The position numbers were made by a program, and so were the translations under genes. Positions 30,024 through 40,314 of a stretch of DNA of 64,000 bases are shown one piece after another. Position 1 is the stretch's first letter. Each line of letters begins with the position of its first letter. The stretch lies in the NCBI GenBank assembly GCA_963719945.1, contig CAVRDX010000001.1, forward strand, positions 320,001 to 384,000, given 5' to 3'. This stretch comes from an uncultured Thermoplasmata archaeon. Lineage in GTDB: Archaea; Thermoplasmatota; Thermoplasmata; UBA10834. Below the pieces are notes generated by a model that was given only the letters and a program-made list of their open reading frames with translations, was not told where the DNA came from and made no database searches.

Positions 30024-31087
30024 ATTAGCCCCTCCCTGAATGCTAGCTCGGCGTTCAGGACGGATCCGCCGGCGCCGCCTCTCACCGTGTTGTGCACGAG
30101 GAGGAGGAATCTCAATCTGTCATTGTTGACCCTGATGCGGCCGATGCTGATCGCCATCCCCTTGGCCCTCTCGGGCTTCCCTGCGTCGCAATCGAGGACT
30201 GGCTGAGGACGGTCGGGTTCCTCCCTCACGATTATCGGCTGGATGGGCGCGCTCGGGAGCTCCAGCTCCTGCGGCCTCGCCCTGAAGCTTGAGAATGCCT
30301 TTGCTATCTTCTCCGCATCCGGCATGTTCCTGTCCTTGATGAAGACCGCCTCCAGGTGTCCGTCCCTTGTACAGACTCTTGCGCAGCTTGCTTCGATGCT
30401 CACTGGCGAGTCTCCGAACCTGCCGTTGCTGTATCCTCCGAGGATCTTCCTTCCCTCTGAGGACATCTTCTCCTCCTCACTCTTGATGTATGGCAGGACG
30501 TTGCCCAGGATGTCTATCGATGGGACTCCTGGATAGCCTGCACCTGATAGCGCTTGGTATGTTGTCACATACACTTCTGTGAATCTGAACGCATCAACGA
30601 GAGGTTTCAGGCCCAGAGCGAGACCGGTGACTGAACAATTGGCATTTGTCACGACGTACCCTCCCTTCTTTCTCCGCATCCTCTGCGCCTCGATGGATGC
30701 AAGGTGGTCCGGGTTGATCTCAGGGACCAGTATGGGTGTGTCGATATCCATCCTATGCGACGATGCGTTCGAGAATACTGCCATGCCCTCCTCAGCGCAT
30801 GCGTCCTCCACCGGGCCCGCGACTTCTGAAGGAAGACCACTGAATATGACCTCTATGCCTTCCTTGGCCAGAGCCTTGGCATCCGTAGTCTGGATCTTGC
30901 GCCTTCCAAGATCTTCATCCATGTCGATGTCGAAGAGCTTCCACACGTTGGCGAGGGTCTTCCCTTCAGATCTGTCGGAAGCGCAGTAGGCGGCCACCTC
31001 GAAATAGGGGTGCATATGGAGCATGTGAGCGAATCTCTGTCCGATCATTCCGCTTGAACCCAGTATTGCTGCCCTCTTCTTCTCCAT
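30020..31087 (-). CDS. asd: Aspartate-semialdehyde dehydrogenase
   Basis: GSSGMIGQ, NASSHRM, NANCS, QALSGAGYPG, HNTVRGGAGG. Confidence 0.96.
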   Translation of the reverse strand: MEKKRAAILGSSGMIGQRFAHMLHMHPYFEVAAYCASDRSEGKTLANVWKLFDIDMDEDLGRRKIQTTDAKALAKEGIEVIFSGLPSEVAGPVEDACAEEGMAVFSNASSHRMDIDTPILVPEINPDHLASIEAQRMRRKKGGYVVTNANCSVTGLALGLKPLVDAFRFTEVYVTTYQALSGAGYPGVPSIDILGNVLPYIKSEEEKMSSEGRKILGGYSNGRFGDSPVSIEASCARVCTRDGHLEAVFIKDRNMPDAEKIAKAFSSFRARPQELELPSAPIQPIIVREEPDRPQPVLDCDAGKPERAKGMAISIGRIRVNNDRLRFLLLVHNTVRGGAGGSVLNAELAFREGLI

Positions 31088-31092
31088 GTGTC

Positions 31093-32175
31093 TCAGTCCT
31101 CCGTGTATTCCTTCACTGAATGCATCAACTTGATGAATTCATCGTGTTCTTTTTCGATTGCCGCATTCTTGATCTTGCCCAGGTTGCTCTCCATGAGGTC
31201 GAGCATCTCCTTCGTCCTGGGGTTGAGTGTCTGAATATCGTGATATACCCGTCGGCTTTCTCCCGATACATCCTTTGCCAGCGCAGCCAGTTTCGCGAAG
31301 GAAGTCCCCTGCACGTTCTGCAGCTCCGCAAAAGACATTCCTGACGATGCGAGAGTTGCGCCGAACAACAGTCCGGTCACATGGGATAGGCCGAGTATGT
31401 ACGCCATCATCTGATCGTGCTCCTCAAGGTATAGCCGTATGACTTTCGCTCCTGCGGATTCGAACATCTCCCTGGCCTCTTCGGTGGCTTGTTTCGATCC
31501 GCAGTCGCATACTACCACGTTCATGCCTTTCGCAGAAGGTGCCCCAGGTCCGAACATCGGGTGGATGCTTGTGATCTTCAACCCATCGGCAGCAGCGAGT
31601 CTCAATATGCCCGCTATATGTGATTTTATGCTGCAGATATCGAGGATGAGCCCAGAAGGACGTGCCGATACTACTCTCCGCAGGTCGTCTGGACACAGAC
31701 CAAGCGGGCTCGCCACGATTATGATGTCGCTGCTATTGATTGCCTGGTCAAGCAACCTCACATTCGAGTAGCCCTTCAGCCGCCCTCGGGGGTCCCAGAC
31801 CTTCACTTCCGCACCTCTATTCGACAGGAACCTGCACATCCACTCCCCCATCTTGCCTGATCCTCCGACTACGATGGCCTTCTTGCCATCCAGTCCCTCC
31901 CGTCTTACTCTCTTCTGCACATTGACGGAATCGGCTATCAGGAGTCGTGAGATCTCCTTCGTGATGTCCTTGTCCGCGTTGAGTGACTTTGCCAGCGCGG
32001 TCATCTTTTCGACAACCTTCTTCTCTCTGGGGATATCTCTTATCTTCAGCCCGTCCCTCTTCTTGATGAGGCCGATCTCGTTTGAGACATCCTCTCTCCT
32101 GACGATGAGTGACATGATCTCAGAATCTATCCTCTCGATCTCTTTTCTGAGGGATCCGAGTTCATCCTTGCTCAG
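31093..32175 (-). CDS. tyrA: Chorismate mutase/prephenate dehydrogenase fusion
   Basis: LRKEIERID CM domain; VVGGSGKMG, DICSIK, HPMFGP, EHDQMMA. Probable CTG start at 32175. Confidence 0.9.
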   Translation of the reverse strand: MSKDELGSLRKEIERIDSEIMSLIVRREDVSNEIGLIKKRDGLKIRDIPREKKVVEKMTALAKSLNADKDITKEISRLLIADSVNVQKRVRREGLDGKKAIVVGGSGKMGEWMCRFLSNRGAEVKVWDPRGRLKGYSNVRLLDQAINSSDIIIVASPLGLCPDDLRRVVSARPSGLILDICSIKSHIAGILRLAAADGLKITSIHPMFGPGAPSAKGMNVVVCDCGSKQATEEAREMFESAGAKVIRLYLEEHDQMMAYILGLSHVTGLLFGATLASSGMSFAELQNVQGTSFAKLAALAKDVSGESRRVYHDIQTLNPRTKEMLDLMESNLGKIKNAAIEKEHDEFIKLMHSVKEYTED

Positions 32176-33248
32176 ATGAATCCCCCCTGAAGCATCAGGT
32201 CCAATATCACGGACGCTGCTGAATTCTCCACTACCGGGACCGCTCTCGGCACTATGCACGGGTCGTGTCGTCCCTTCACTTCCAGTTCCACGGGTGTCTT
32301 TTTCTGGATGTCCACACTCATCTGGGATGCTGCGATCGAAGATGTCGGTTTGAATGCCACTCTGAATTCTATAGGCATTCCATTCGACAGTCCACCCAGT
32401 ATGCCGCCAGCATTGTTCGTCTTGGTCAAGATCTTGCCGTTTCTGACGATGAATGGGTCGTTGTGCTCGCTCCCGGTCATGGACGCAGCCCTGAACCCTG
32501 ATCCGAACTCGACACCCTTGACTCCGGGTATGGAGAACATCATCGCGGACATGGAGCTCTCTATTGAATTGAAGAATGGTTCGCCGATCCCGACAGGGAC
32601 GCCGCGCACAGTGCACTTGACGATTCCGCCCACGCTGTCCTTGTTCTCATGGGCGCGGACGATTTCATCCATCATCTCCTTGGCGACATTCCTGTCCGCA
32701 CACCCGACAGCGTTGGCCCTTGCGACCTTCTCCACAACGCTGGAAGGCAACTCTTTGTCCAACTTCACGCTTCCTATCTGGACAGTCTGCGCGACGATCC
32801 CTACTCCCTTCTTCCCGATTACCTGTCTCGCTATCGCACCTGCGATCACGAGGCCCGCCGTCATCCTGCCTGAGAATTGGCCTCCGCCTCTGTGGTCGTG
32901 ATGTCCATGGTATTTCACCATAGCTGGGTAATCAGCGTGCCCTGGCCGTGGGACGCGCCTGAATGAATCATAGGCCGATGAATCCTTATCGATGTTTCTG
33001 ACGAGGCCGACTATCGTGGTTCCAGTGGCCTTTCCATCCACGATTCCTGATATGAGTTCGAGCCTGTCTCGCTCCTTCCTGGGCGTGGTATGCACACCCT
33101 TTCCAGGGGATCGTCTGTCCAGCTCCACCTGGATCACGGCTTCTGAGATCTTTGAACCCGGAGGGCATCCCTCTATCTTGGCTCCGACGCAAGGGCCATG
33201 GCTGGACCCGAAGATGCCCACTCTGTATCTCCTTCCGAACTCGTTCAT
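32172..33248 (-). CDS. aroC: Chorismate synthase
   Basis: GSSHG, RPGHAD, RGGGQFSGR, KPTSSI, GRHDPCIVPRA. Confidence 0.96.
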   Translation of the reverse strand: MNEFGRRYRVGIFGSSHGPCVGAKIEGCPPGSKISEAVIQVELDRRSPGKGVHTTPRKERDRLELISGIVDGKATGTTIVGLVRNIDKDSSAYDSFRRVPRPGHADYPAMVKYHGHHDHRGGGQFSGRMTAGLVIAGAIARQVIGKKGVGIVAQTVQIGSVKLDKELPSSVVEKVARANAVGCADRNVAKEMMDEIVRAHENKDSVGGIVKCTVRGVPVGIGEPFFNSIESSMSAMMFSIPGVKGVEFGSGFRAASMTGSEHNDPFIVRNGKILTKTNNAGGILGGLSNGMPIEFRVAFKPTSSIAASQMSVDIQKKTPVELEVKGRHDPCIVPRAVPVVENSAASVILDLMLQGGFI

Positions 33249-34507
33249 CTTCTCACCTCGAGACGACATCCAAGTTGATGCATGTCTCTCAGGAATCCGG
33301 GATAGGATACCTTGTAAGATTCGTCGTCCTCAATCGTCGTCCCTGATGTCGATACCAGAGCTGCAAGTACTGCGGCCATAAGAATCCTGTGGTCTCCATG
33401 AGTCTGGATGCTGGCACCATGGAGTTTCTCCCCTCCAAGTATCTCGCAGCCATCTTCAGTTGGTTTGACCCTTGCGCCCATGTCTCTCAGGAAGTCGGTC
33501 GTGGTCAAAATCCTGTCGCTTTCCTTCTGTTTCAGGTTCCGTCCGCCCTTGAGTACTGTCTTACCATCAGCGATCGCCCCGACAACTGCTAGCACGGGGA
33601 ACAGGTCGGGCGTATCTCTCACGTCTATCTCGATCCCTTCGAGTCTTCCTCCCTGGACACGCGCGGAATCGTTGGATACGGTCACATCGGCGCCGAAACT
33701 CTTCAGGTGGTCCAGGATGGCCTTGTCTCCCTGGGGGGACCTAGCATCCAGATTCTTGACGGTCACATCTCCATCCGTGACTGCTCCAGCTGCGAACAGG
33801 AATGCCGCTGAGGAATAATCTCCAGGGACTGTATAGCTGTCGCGGACCAATCTCTGATTCCCAGGCACATGATACGCGTTCTCGGAGGCATCCACACACG
33901 CCCCGAACTCGCCTAGCATATCAAGCGTGATATCGACATATGGCCTTGAGACGAGGTTTCCTGTGATTTGGATGTCGGTATCGGTCTGCTTCTGCGTGCA
34001 CGCTATGATCAATGATGATATGAATTGGGAACTGACCCCTCCAGATATGGTGGATCTGTCTTTCGTGATCGGCCCTGTCACTGTCAAGGGTGGGTTGCCA
34101 GGCACTCCTTTGTACTCACACCTAGCGCCAAGCTGGGTGAGCGCATCGATGAGTGGTGCCATTGGCCTCTTGATGAGGCTCGCATCTCCTGTGAGTGTTG
34201 TTTTGGTGGGTAGCAACGAAGCAAGACCAGTGATAAGTCTCATGGTCGTTCCAGAGTTCTTCGCATCTATGATGCCGGCCGCTTGCGACAGTGTGTCACA
34301 TATGATGTTTACATCTGCTTGAGTCCCTGTGACGGATGCCCCCAGCAAGTGCAAAGCATCCAGTGTCGCTCGCGTGTCCTCCGAGATGAGTGGATGCTTC
34401 AATGTGAATGTGGAATGGGTGAGCGCACCGAGTACCATCGCTCTGTGCGTGTATGATTTTGACGGTGGCGCCAGCGCGGTGCCTCTGGCGGTGGACGATT
34501 TGATCAC
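33245..34507 (-). CDS. aroA: 3-phosphoshikimate 1-carboxyvinyltransferase (EPSP synthase)
   Basis: PPSKSYTHR, NSGTTMR, SSQFIS, PGDYSSA, KESDRI, DHRI, SYPGF. Confidence 0.96.
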   Translation of the reverse strand: MIKSSTARGTALAPPSKSYTHRAMVLGALTHSTFTLKHPLISEDTRATLDALHLLGASVTGTQADVNIICDTLSQAAGIIDAKNSGTTMRLITGLASLLPTKTTLTGDASLIKRPMAPLIDALTQLGARCEYKGVPGNPPLTVTGPITKDRSTISGGVSSQFISSLIIACTQKQTDTDIQITGNLVSRPYVDITLDMLGEFGACVDASENAYHVPGNQRLVRDSYTVPGDYSSAAFLFAAGAVTDGDVTVKNLDARSPQGDKAILDHLKSFGADVTVSNDSARVQGGRLEGIEIDVRDTPDLFPVLAVVGAIADGKTVLKGGRNLKQKESDRILTTTDFLRDMGARVKPTEDGCEILGGEKLHGASIQTHGDHRILMAAVLAALVSTSGTTIEDDESYKVSYPGFLRDMHQLGCRLEVRR

Positions 34508-35370
34508 GATTGCCGTGGAACCACCTCCCTCGCTGGGATATCGTTGAGTTCGGCTGAGATGATTGTTCCTTCGAACGATCCCAGAATTTCCTTGATGCGA
34601 TCTCTATCCGCATGACGTACGAGCACGGCGGTGGCCGGTCCGGTTCCTGAAATTCCAGCGGCTACGGCGCCAGCCCCCCTGGCCGCCTCTGCGACTTCCT
34701 CCGATACATCGAGGACTTTCGAGCAGGCCTTTGAATTCAGCTCCATCGCTCTGGCGTAGTCTCCCTTGAGTGCGCTTCCGATGGCTTCCTCTACCTGGGA
34801 TTTGACAGGGCTGAAGTCCATGTTCTTGACATCCTCTTTTCGGATTCTCCTCTCTGGGACATGCAGCAGCACTGTGATAGGATCCTGGACATACCATCTC
34901 TTCAATATCCGCCTCGCCTTATTGTCCGTTATCACTGCGCCTCCATGGAAACATGCGGACGCGTCGTCGAACGCGCCAGTTACCGTCACACCCGCTTTTA
35001 TGGATTCATCGATGGCCAGGCCGACGAGGTCGTCATCGTACAGATTGACGTTCAGCGCCCTTGATGCTGCGAGAACGATTGCGTTCGATGCTGCGCTGCT
35101 GCTTTTCAGTCCTCTTGAGATCGGTATGTCTGATCGTATGATTACGGCACCACCTATATCGCGCATACCTGCGCGTTGACCGACACATTGGATGCATCCT
35201 CTGACGAGGTCGGTTCCCTCATCGGCTCCTTCGAGTCGAATCGATCTATCCCCTTGAGACAATCTCACCTCTGCATCTATCTGCAGCGAGATGCCGATCG
35301 CCGAGCCGATCCCTGTTGGAATGGCATTGACTATCGTCACAGCCCCCCTGCAGGACGCCCTCCCGATCAT
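34504..35370 (-). CDS. aroK: Archaeal (GHMP-type) shikimate kinase
   Basis: IVNAIPTG, PISRGLKSSSA, VTGAFDD, SGTGPA. Confidence 0.93.
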   Translation of the reverse strand: MIGRASCRGAVTIVNAIPTGIGSAIGISLQIDAEVRLSQGDRSIRLEGADEGTDLVRGCIQCVGQRAGMRDIGGAVIIRSDIPISRGLKSSSAASNAIVLAASRALNVNLYDDDLVGLAIDESIKAGVTVTGAFDDASACFHGGAVITDNKARRILKRWYVQDPITVLLHVPERRIRKEDVKNMDFSPVKSQVEEAIGSALKGDYARAMELNSKACSKVLDVSEEVAEAARGAGAVAAGISGTGPATAVLVRHADRDRIKEILGSFEGTIISAELNDIPAREVVPRQS

Positions 35371-36854
35371 CGTAATGCCTCCTTTGCAGCCCTGGACATG
35401 GCCTTTATGTCCGGCTCTCTGGAGGTCCATATTCTGAATGATTGTGCACCTTGATGGACCAGCATGTCGAGTCCGTTGACTGCCTTTGCCTCCCTAGACA
35501 TGGCAATCTTCATGGACTTCGTGATGGGCGGATTGTACACTAGATCGAAGAGTATGGTCCCCTTATTGAATACTCGCGCGGGAATGGGTATCTTCCCTCT
35601 AGAGCTAGTCGCCCCCATGGGAGTGCAGTTCACCACTATGTCGTATGAATGACCTCTTCCTTCGAGGGGTAGAGATATTGCGTCACCTTCGACCATGACG
35701 GCGACCTCTTTGGCTTTCTTTAGGTTCCGTGCAGCAACGGTGACATCCGCCCCGAGATGGGAGAGCACATAGGCCGCCGATCTTGCGGCTCCCCCCGCGC
35801 CTACGATGAGTGCGGATGTATCGGGTGAGATGCGTATTTTTCCTTCAATCATCCGAGTTAATCCTATTACATCGGTGTTTTCTCCGTAAATTCTTGAACC
35901 CTCGAATCTCACCGTGTTTACCGCCCTTGTCGCGAGGGCTGAAGGCCCCAATCTATCACATAGCGAGTGCACCGTCTTCTTGTGCGGTATGGTCACATTG
36001 AGACCTTTGAAGCCGAGGTCCCTGATGCGCTCGAGAGTCTCTCGATCGAGGTTCTTCGGAGGGATATCTAGCCGAAGGTATGCTCCCGTCAACCCCGATC
36101 TCGCAAGAGCAGCTTCCTGCATCGGTTGGGACACCGAATGGGAAACAGGGTGTCCTATCAATCCAAGGACTATCTTATCCCGTTTGTACAGGCTCAACTG
36201 AGTTCTCAGATCCAATTGACCCGGTGCTGCAGGCTTGCCTGGCATGCAGCAATAAACCATTGATGAGCCCATCTGACGGACGCACACTCGTGTCAACTGT
36301 CCTTGCTCCCCCATGCCTATTAACGTGAATCGTTCGCCATCCATGGAGAACTTCATGGATATGGTTGAGAGCATCAATGCCTGACCCGCATCCTCACACG
36401 GCATGGCGACCTTGCCAATATCCCCCGCTTTGCATGCCCTTCTGAGCCTTGTCTCTATCTCCCTAGCCTTCACGGGTTTGGTGAAGTGACTCGATGCGAT
36501 GATCTCCGGCCTGGTCCGTGCCTTCTTCATCTCCTTGAGAAGATCTGCATCTGGTTCCAGCTCCAGGTCGACGTATTCAAACCCTGCCTCAAAAACCGCT
36601 CTCAGCGCCTTTCTTCTGGCAGCTTTCGTCAACCGGGACGCCCCTCCTTCCCTATATGATCTCAAGGTTGCGATAGCGGGTCCCTTGACCGCCCTCCTGA
36701 TCCTTGCCAGAAAAGCAGCGTCGACTCGGTCGATTTCCATCAAGTCCAATCTGATCTCAACAAGGTCTGCGCCAAGGCTGAATGCCTTCTTTGACGAGCT
36801 CGAAACTCCGGAGATGCTTCTCTCTACGATAGAAGCGACAATGAATGTCATCAC
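35367..36854 (-). CDS. aroDE: Type I 3-dehydroquinate dehydratase/shikimate dehydrogenase fusion
   Basis: EIRLD, SSHF, GKVA, GMGEQG..TR, APGQ; then GHPVSHS, NVTIPHK, AVNT, NTD, GAGGAAR, DLVYNP. Confidence 0.93.
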   Translation of the reverse strand: MMTFIVASIVERSISGVSSSSKKAFSLGADLVEIRLDLMEIDRVDAAFLARIRRAVKGPAIATLRSYREGGASRLTKAARRKALRAVFEAGFEYVDLELEPDADLLKEMKKARTRPEIIASSHFTKPVKAREIETRLRRACKAGDIGKVAMPCEDAGQALMLSTISMKFSMDGERFTLIGMGEQGQLTRVCVRQMGSSMVYCCMPGKPAAPGQLDLRTQLSLYKRDKIVLGLIGHPVSHSVSQPMQEAALARSGLTGAYLRLDIPPKNLDRETLERIRDLGFKGLNVTIPHKKTVHSLCDRLGPSALATRAVNTVRFEGSRIYGENTDVIGLTRMIEGKIRISPDTSALIVGAGGAARSAAYVLSHLGADVTVAARNLKKAKEVAVMVEGDAISLPLEGRGHSYDIVVNCTPMGATSSRGKIPIPARVFNKGTILFDLVYNPPITKSMKIAMSREAKAVNGLDMLVHQGAQSFRIWTSREPDIKAMSRAAKEALR

Positions 36855-37886
36855 TCACTTCTCCCGGATTGTCTCCTCGATGCGCATGCCGAAGTGCCTT
36901 CCGCCACGCTCGAGTCTCAATAGTATGGAGTCACCCAGCTTCAGGTTTGATACGGATACGACCTTCCCCTTTGAGAAGACGCGGATCGTCTCTGCATTCT
37001 GGACGATGGTCGAATGTCGTTCCCCGTCCACCTCAGCCTCGATCAGCAGGAGCGGCCGTCTCTCGACTTTCGTTCGGCCCACGACGACCTTTCTGGTATG
37101 TCCATCTGCGCCTACAACCAACGCCTCGTCTCCGCCTCTCAGTTCTGAGAGATATTTCGTAGTGCCATCTGGCATCAGTATGTATGCATGCACGGGCCCA
37201 GCGTTCACCCTGAACGGCCTCGATGCTGCGTACTCGGATTCGAGCGATTCGGAATGGATCAGGAACAAGGATGACGAGGTATTGCCGATGAGCATCCCTT
37301 CACCGATACCCATCATCGAACAGGTGTCTATGCATACCCTGTCCCCGAGACCCAATTGCCTGAGAACGGTTATCTTCCCCTCTCGCAGGGCGAGTTTGGG
37401 TGCACCCTCATCCAGCAATTTTCGGAGCTTGGCAAGCTCATCCAATTTCTCTGGGACGAACAAGACTCCATCGGCCCCTCTCTCCATGGTCTCAAAGAAG
37501 AGTCTGGCCTCCTCGGCAGTCCTTGCGAGCATTATCAACCTCGCTCCAGTGCCCTGAAAGTGGACGATCAGGTTCTCGAGTGGAATGATCTTCCAATCCT
37601 TCGCCGATATCACGATGTTCTGTATCTTCTCGGCCGCCTTCTTGGCGGACAGCTCGTCCGATTTCTTAACGATATCAACTAGTTGGCCGATCTTTTCACC
37701 GTTCTCGATGAAGTCTCTGCCATCAAGTGTGATTTCTCTGAACCTTCCAAGGCTGACGAGCTTCTGGTCTTTCTTCTCAAGGACAACAGTATCGAATCCG
37801 TTCTCCAGAGCTGCTAACACAATCCTCTTACTAGTATCACTATTGGGCTGGTGGATAGCCCCGATCCACACCTGACGGTTGATCAG
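36855..37886 (-). CDS. 3-dehydroquinate synthase II (archaeal AroB')
   Basis: DWKIIPLENL, GDRVCIDT, RPFRVNAGPVHAY, QNAETIR, GRHFG. Probable CTG start at 37886. Confidence 0.94.
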   Translation of the reverse strand: MINRQVWIGAIHQPNSDTSKRIVLAALENGFDTVVLEKKDQKLVSLGRFREITLDGRDFIENGEKIGQLVDIVKKSDELSAKKAAEKIQNIVISAKDWKIIPLENLIVHFQGTGARLIMLARTAEEARLFFETMERGADGVLFVPEKLDELAKLRKLLDEGAPKLALREGKITVLRQLGLGDRVCIDTCSMMGIGEGMLIGNTSSSLFLIHSESLESEYAASRPFRVNAGPVHAYILMPDGTTKYLSELRGGDEALVVGADGHTRKVVVGRTKVERRPLLLIEAEVDGERHSTIVQNAETIRVFSKGKVVSVSNLKLGDSILLRLERGGRHFGMRIEETIREK

Positions 37887-37890
37887 AGGC

Positions 37891-38676
37891 TCACCGCCTA
37901 TAAGCATCCTTAGGGGACATGCCCTCGAAAACAACACGTCCCATGGCTCTTGTGATGCCTGTGACGTCATCGTGCTGGAAGACGTTCCTTCCTATCGATA
38001 CACCCTTCCCTCCAGCCTGAATCGAATCGTGGACCATCTGGAGCAGAGCTTCGTCGGAATCCATCTTCGGTCCGCCTGCGATGACGACCGGTATCGGCGT
38101 TCCTCTGACGACTTCCTTGAAAGTATCTATCGATCCCGTGTAGCTCGTCTTGACGATGTCGGCACCCAGCTCAGCTGACATTCTGGCACACTGCTTGATC
38201 GCGTCCACATCGAACGCGCTCTTGACGTTCTTGCCTCGTGGGTAGCACATCGCGAGCAATGGCATGCCTAGCTCGCGACATCTATCGGCAACTGTTCCGA
38301 AATCTGCAACCATCTTGTCTTCGTTGTCGCCACCGACGTTGCAGTGTATTGAGACCGCATCAGCACCGATGTTTGCAGCTGCATCCGCGCTCGCGACCAG
38401 GACTTTGAAATTCGGGTCCGGGGAGAGTGATGTGCTGGCTGATATGTGGACAATCAATCCAAGTTTGGCGCCGACCGACGGTCCGAGAAACGGAACAAGG
38501 CCCTTGTGTACGACTATCGCGGAGGCTCCGCCTTCCGCGAGCTTGTCAACAGTGGACCCGATATTCTCTATTCCCTTCACTGGACCTAGGGATATCCCGT
38601 GGTCCATGGGAACTATGACGGTCCTTCCACTCGCGTGGTCGAAGATCCGTCTCAGTCTTATTGCCTTGCCCGTCAT
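37891..38676 (-). CDS. 2-amino-3,7-dideoxy-D-threo-hept-6-ulosonate synthase (archaeal AroA', class I aldolase)
   Basis: PMDHG, HKG, YPRG, AELGADIVKT, AGGPK, GRNVFQH; adjacent to AroB'. Confidence 0.92.
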   Translation of the reverse strand: MTGKAIRLRRIFDHASGRTVIVPMDHGISLGPVKGIENIGSTVDKLAEGGASAIVVHKGLVPFLGPSVGAKLGLIVHISASTSLSPDPNFKVLVASADAAANIGADAVSIHCNVGGDNEDKMVADFGTVADRCRELGMPLLAMCYPRGKNVKSAFDVDAIKQCARMSAELGADIVKTSYTGSIDTFKEVVRGTPIPVVIAGGPKMDSDEALLQMVHDSIQAGGKGVSIGRNVFQHDDVTGITRAMGRVVFEGMSPKDAYRR

Positions 38677-38827
38677 TTTTCTCACCGATTCTTGCGTGCT
38701 ATTCCTTGTCACTGCCGGCTTCCATGTTACTGGACCTATATGACCCTTGCTACTCTTTAGCAGTCCGAAGGCGTACATTATGTCGCAATATTAATGTATT
38801 ATTGTACACATGTAGTCATCGATTGGT

Positions 38828-39328
38828 ATGTGGGACAAGATAGCAAACTACTTCGAGAAATTCCCTTCGCAGGCGAAGGTTGCTAGGTATCTTTTGAAGT
38901 ACGGTTTGAGGATTGACAGGGACCATGTCTACTGCGGTGAAGTGCAGATCGCAGATTCATCCCTTGCAAGGGCCGCAGGTGTGGACAGGCGTGTTGTGAA
39001 GTCGACGATCGAGACCATAAAGGCTGACCCAACACTGCTGAAGTTCTTTTCACAGCTGCAGCCTACGAACCATCTGAAGAATGCGGCGTCCGCGATGGGC
39101 TGGAGCGCGATCGAGATCGTGCCAACGGATGCTCACGAGCCTGGGATCATTTCGTCGGTCGCTGAGATTCTGGCGAGGTCCCAGATAAGCATCCGACAGG
39201 CGATCGTGGACGATCCGATGACTTCAGAGGAACCCAAACTGTTCATCGTGACCGAGAGTCAGGTACCCTCTGAACTGATACCATTGATCCGTCAGGCGCG
39301 CGGGGTCAAGGGCGTAACGATCTACTGA
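38828..39328 (+). CDS. ACT-domain regulator of amino-acid metabolism (archaeal)
   Basis: ARAAGVDRRVV HTH-like region plus C-terminal ACT (PGII, ISIRQA); divergent from the aro operon. Confidence 0.85.
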   Translation: MWDKIANYFEKFPSQAKVARYLLKYGLRIDRDHVYCGEVQIADSSLARAAGVDRRVVKSTIETIKADPTLLKFFSQLQPTNHLKNAASAMGWSAIEIVPTDAHEPGIISSVAEILARSQISIRQAIVDDPMTSEEPKLFIVTESQVPSELIPLIRQARGVKGVTIY

Positions 39329-39360
39329 TCTGGATGCTACAACTGAGGGGAGGGAGACAT

Positions 39361-40290
39361 GTGCGTTCCTCGGGCGAGTTCTCGAAGGCATACCTCGCCA
39401 TTGGTGTGGCGATGGTCTCCATCTCTTTCGCCTCCATTCTCATCAAATGGAGCGAGAGCCCTCCGTTCGTAATCGCATATTATCGGCTAGGGTTCACGTG
39501 CCTCATTCTGCTTCCGTTTCTGATCTGGTACGGAGGATTATCCGAGATACGTAGTTTCTCCCGTCGGGATTGGCTACTGGTTATCCTGAGTGGCGTTGCT
39601 CTATCATTCCATTTTGGCCTATGGATAGTATCGTTGAGCCTAACTCTCGTATCCACATCTGTTATACTGGTGACTTCGCATCCGATCTTCGTCGCTGCCA
39701 TATCCCATTTCCTGATGAACGAGAAGGTGAAGAAGGTCGCAGCAATCGGCATAGTCGTGGCGTTCTCCGGGGTCGTAACTATCTCCCTAAGTGATTACTC
39801 AGAAGGCGGAAACAATCTGATTGGGGACCTCTTGGCCTTCCTGGGTGGCATATGTGCTGGGATATACTTCCTCTCCGGACGGGTCGCGAGGCAGAGAATT
39901 TCCGTTCTTCCCTACGCATTCACAGTCTATGGATTGTCTGCCGCGATCCTGATGGGTTCTGCAGCCATCGTCGGCGACGGACTAATAGTGACCGAGGACC
40001 GAGAAATCATTCTATTTCTGCTCATGGCCATAGTGCCGACGATATTCGGCCACACGATGTTCAACTACGCCCTCAAAAAGGTCCCAGCTCACATAATCTC
40101 CACGAGCGTACTGGGAGAACCAGTAGGGGCTTCCATCCTCGCATATCTCCTGCTCCCGGGAGAAATCCCTGGAATACTCATAATCGCAGGTGGCTGTCTC
40201 GTGGTTCTCGGACTCTACATTGTCCTGGCCGGTCGTGATAAGGGCGAACCTAGGCTATCAGAAACACCTCCTCAATCAGAGATGCTGTGA
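39361..40290 (+). CDS. DMT/EamA family transporter
   Basis: About 10 TM, PIFV, GHTMFNYAL, LGEPVGASIL. Confidence 0.9.
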   Translation: MRSSGEFSKAYLAIGVAMVSISFASILIKWSESPPFVIAYYRLGFTCLILLPFLIWYGGLSEIRSFSRRDWLLVILSGVALSFHFGLWIVSLSLTLVSTSVILVTSHPIFVAAISHFLMNEKVKKVAAIGIVVAFSGVVTISLSDYSEGGNNLIGDLLAFLGGICAGIYFLSGRVARQRISVLPYAFTVYGLSAAILMGSAAIVGDGLIVTEDREIILFLLMAIVPTIFGHTMFNYALKKVPAHIISTSVLGEPVGASILAYLLLPGEIPGILIIAGGCLVVLGLYIVLAGRDKGEPRLSETPPQSEML

Positions 40291-40314
40291 TATTCATCGG
40301 GCGAATACAAGATA

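Noticed and set aside
32176-32616. 147-aa N-terminal extension of tyrA in the ORF track (likewise extensions of 27638-28570, 36855-37970, 23546-24187)
   Set aside because: They overlap upstream genes in another frame; the true starts are downstream at RBS-linked codons
36499-37557. Long + strand ORF (352 aa) and similar ones (e.g. 20838-21614, 32254-32901, 274-822)
   Set aside because: Antisense shadows of well-supported minus-strand genes; Ser/Pro-rich with no motifs
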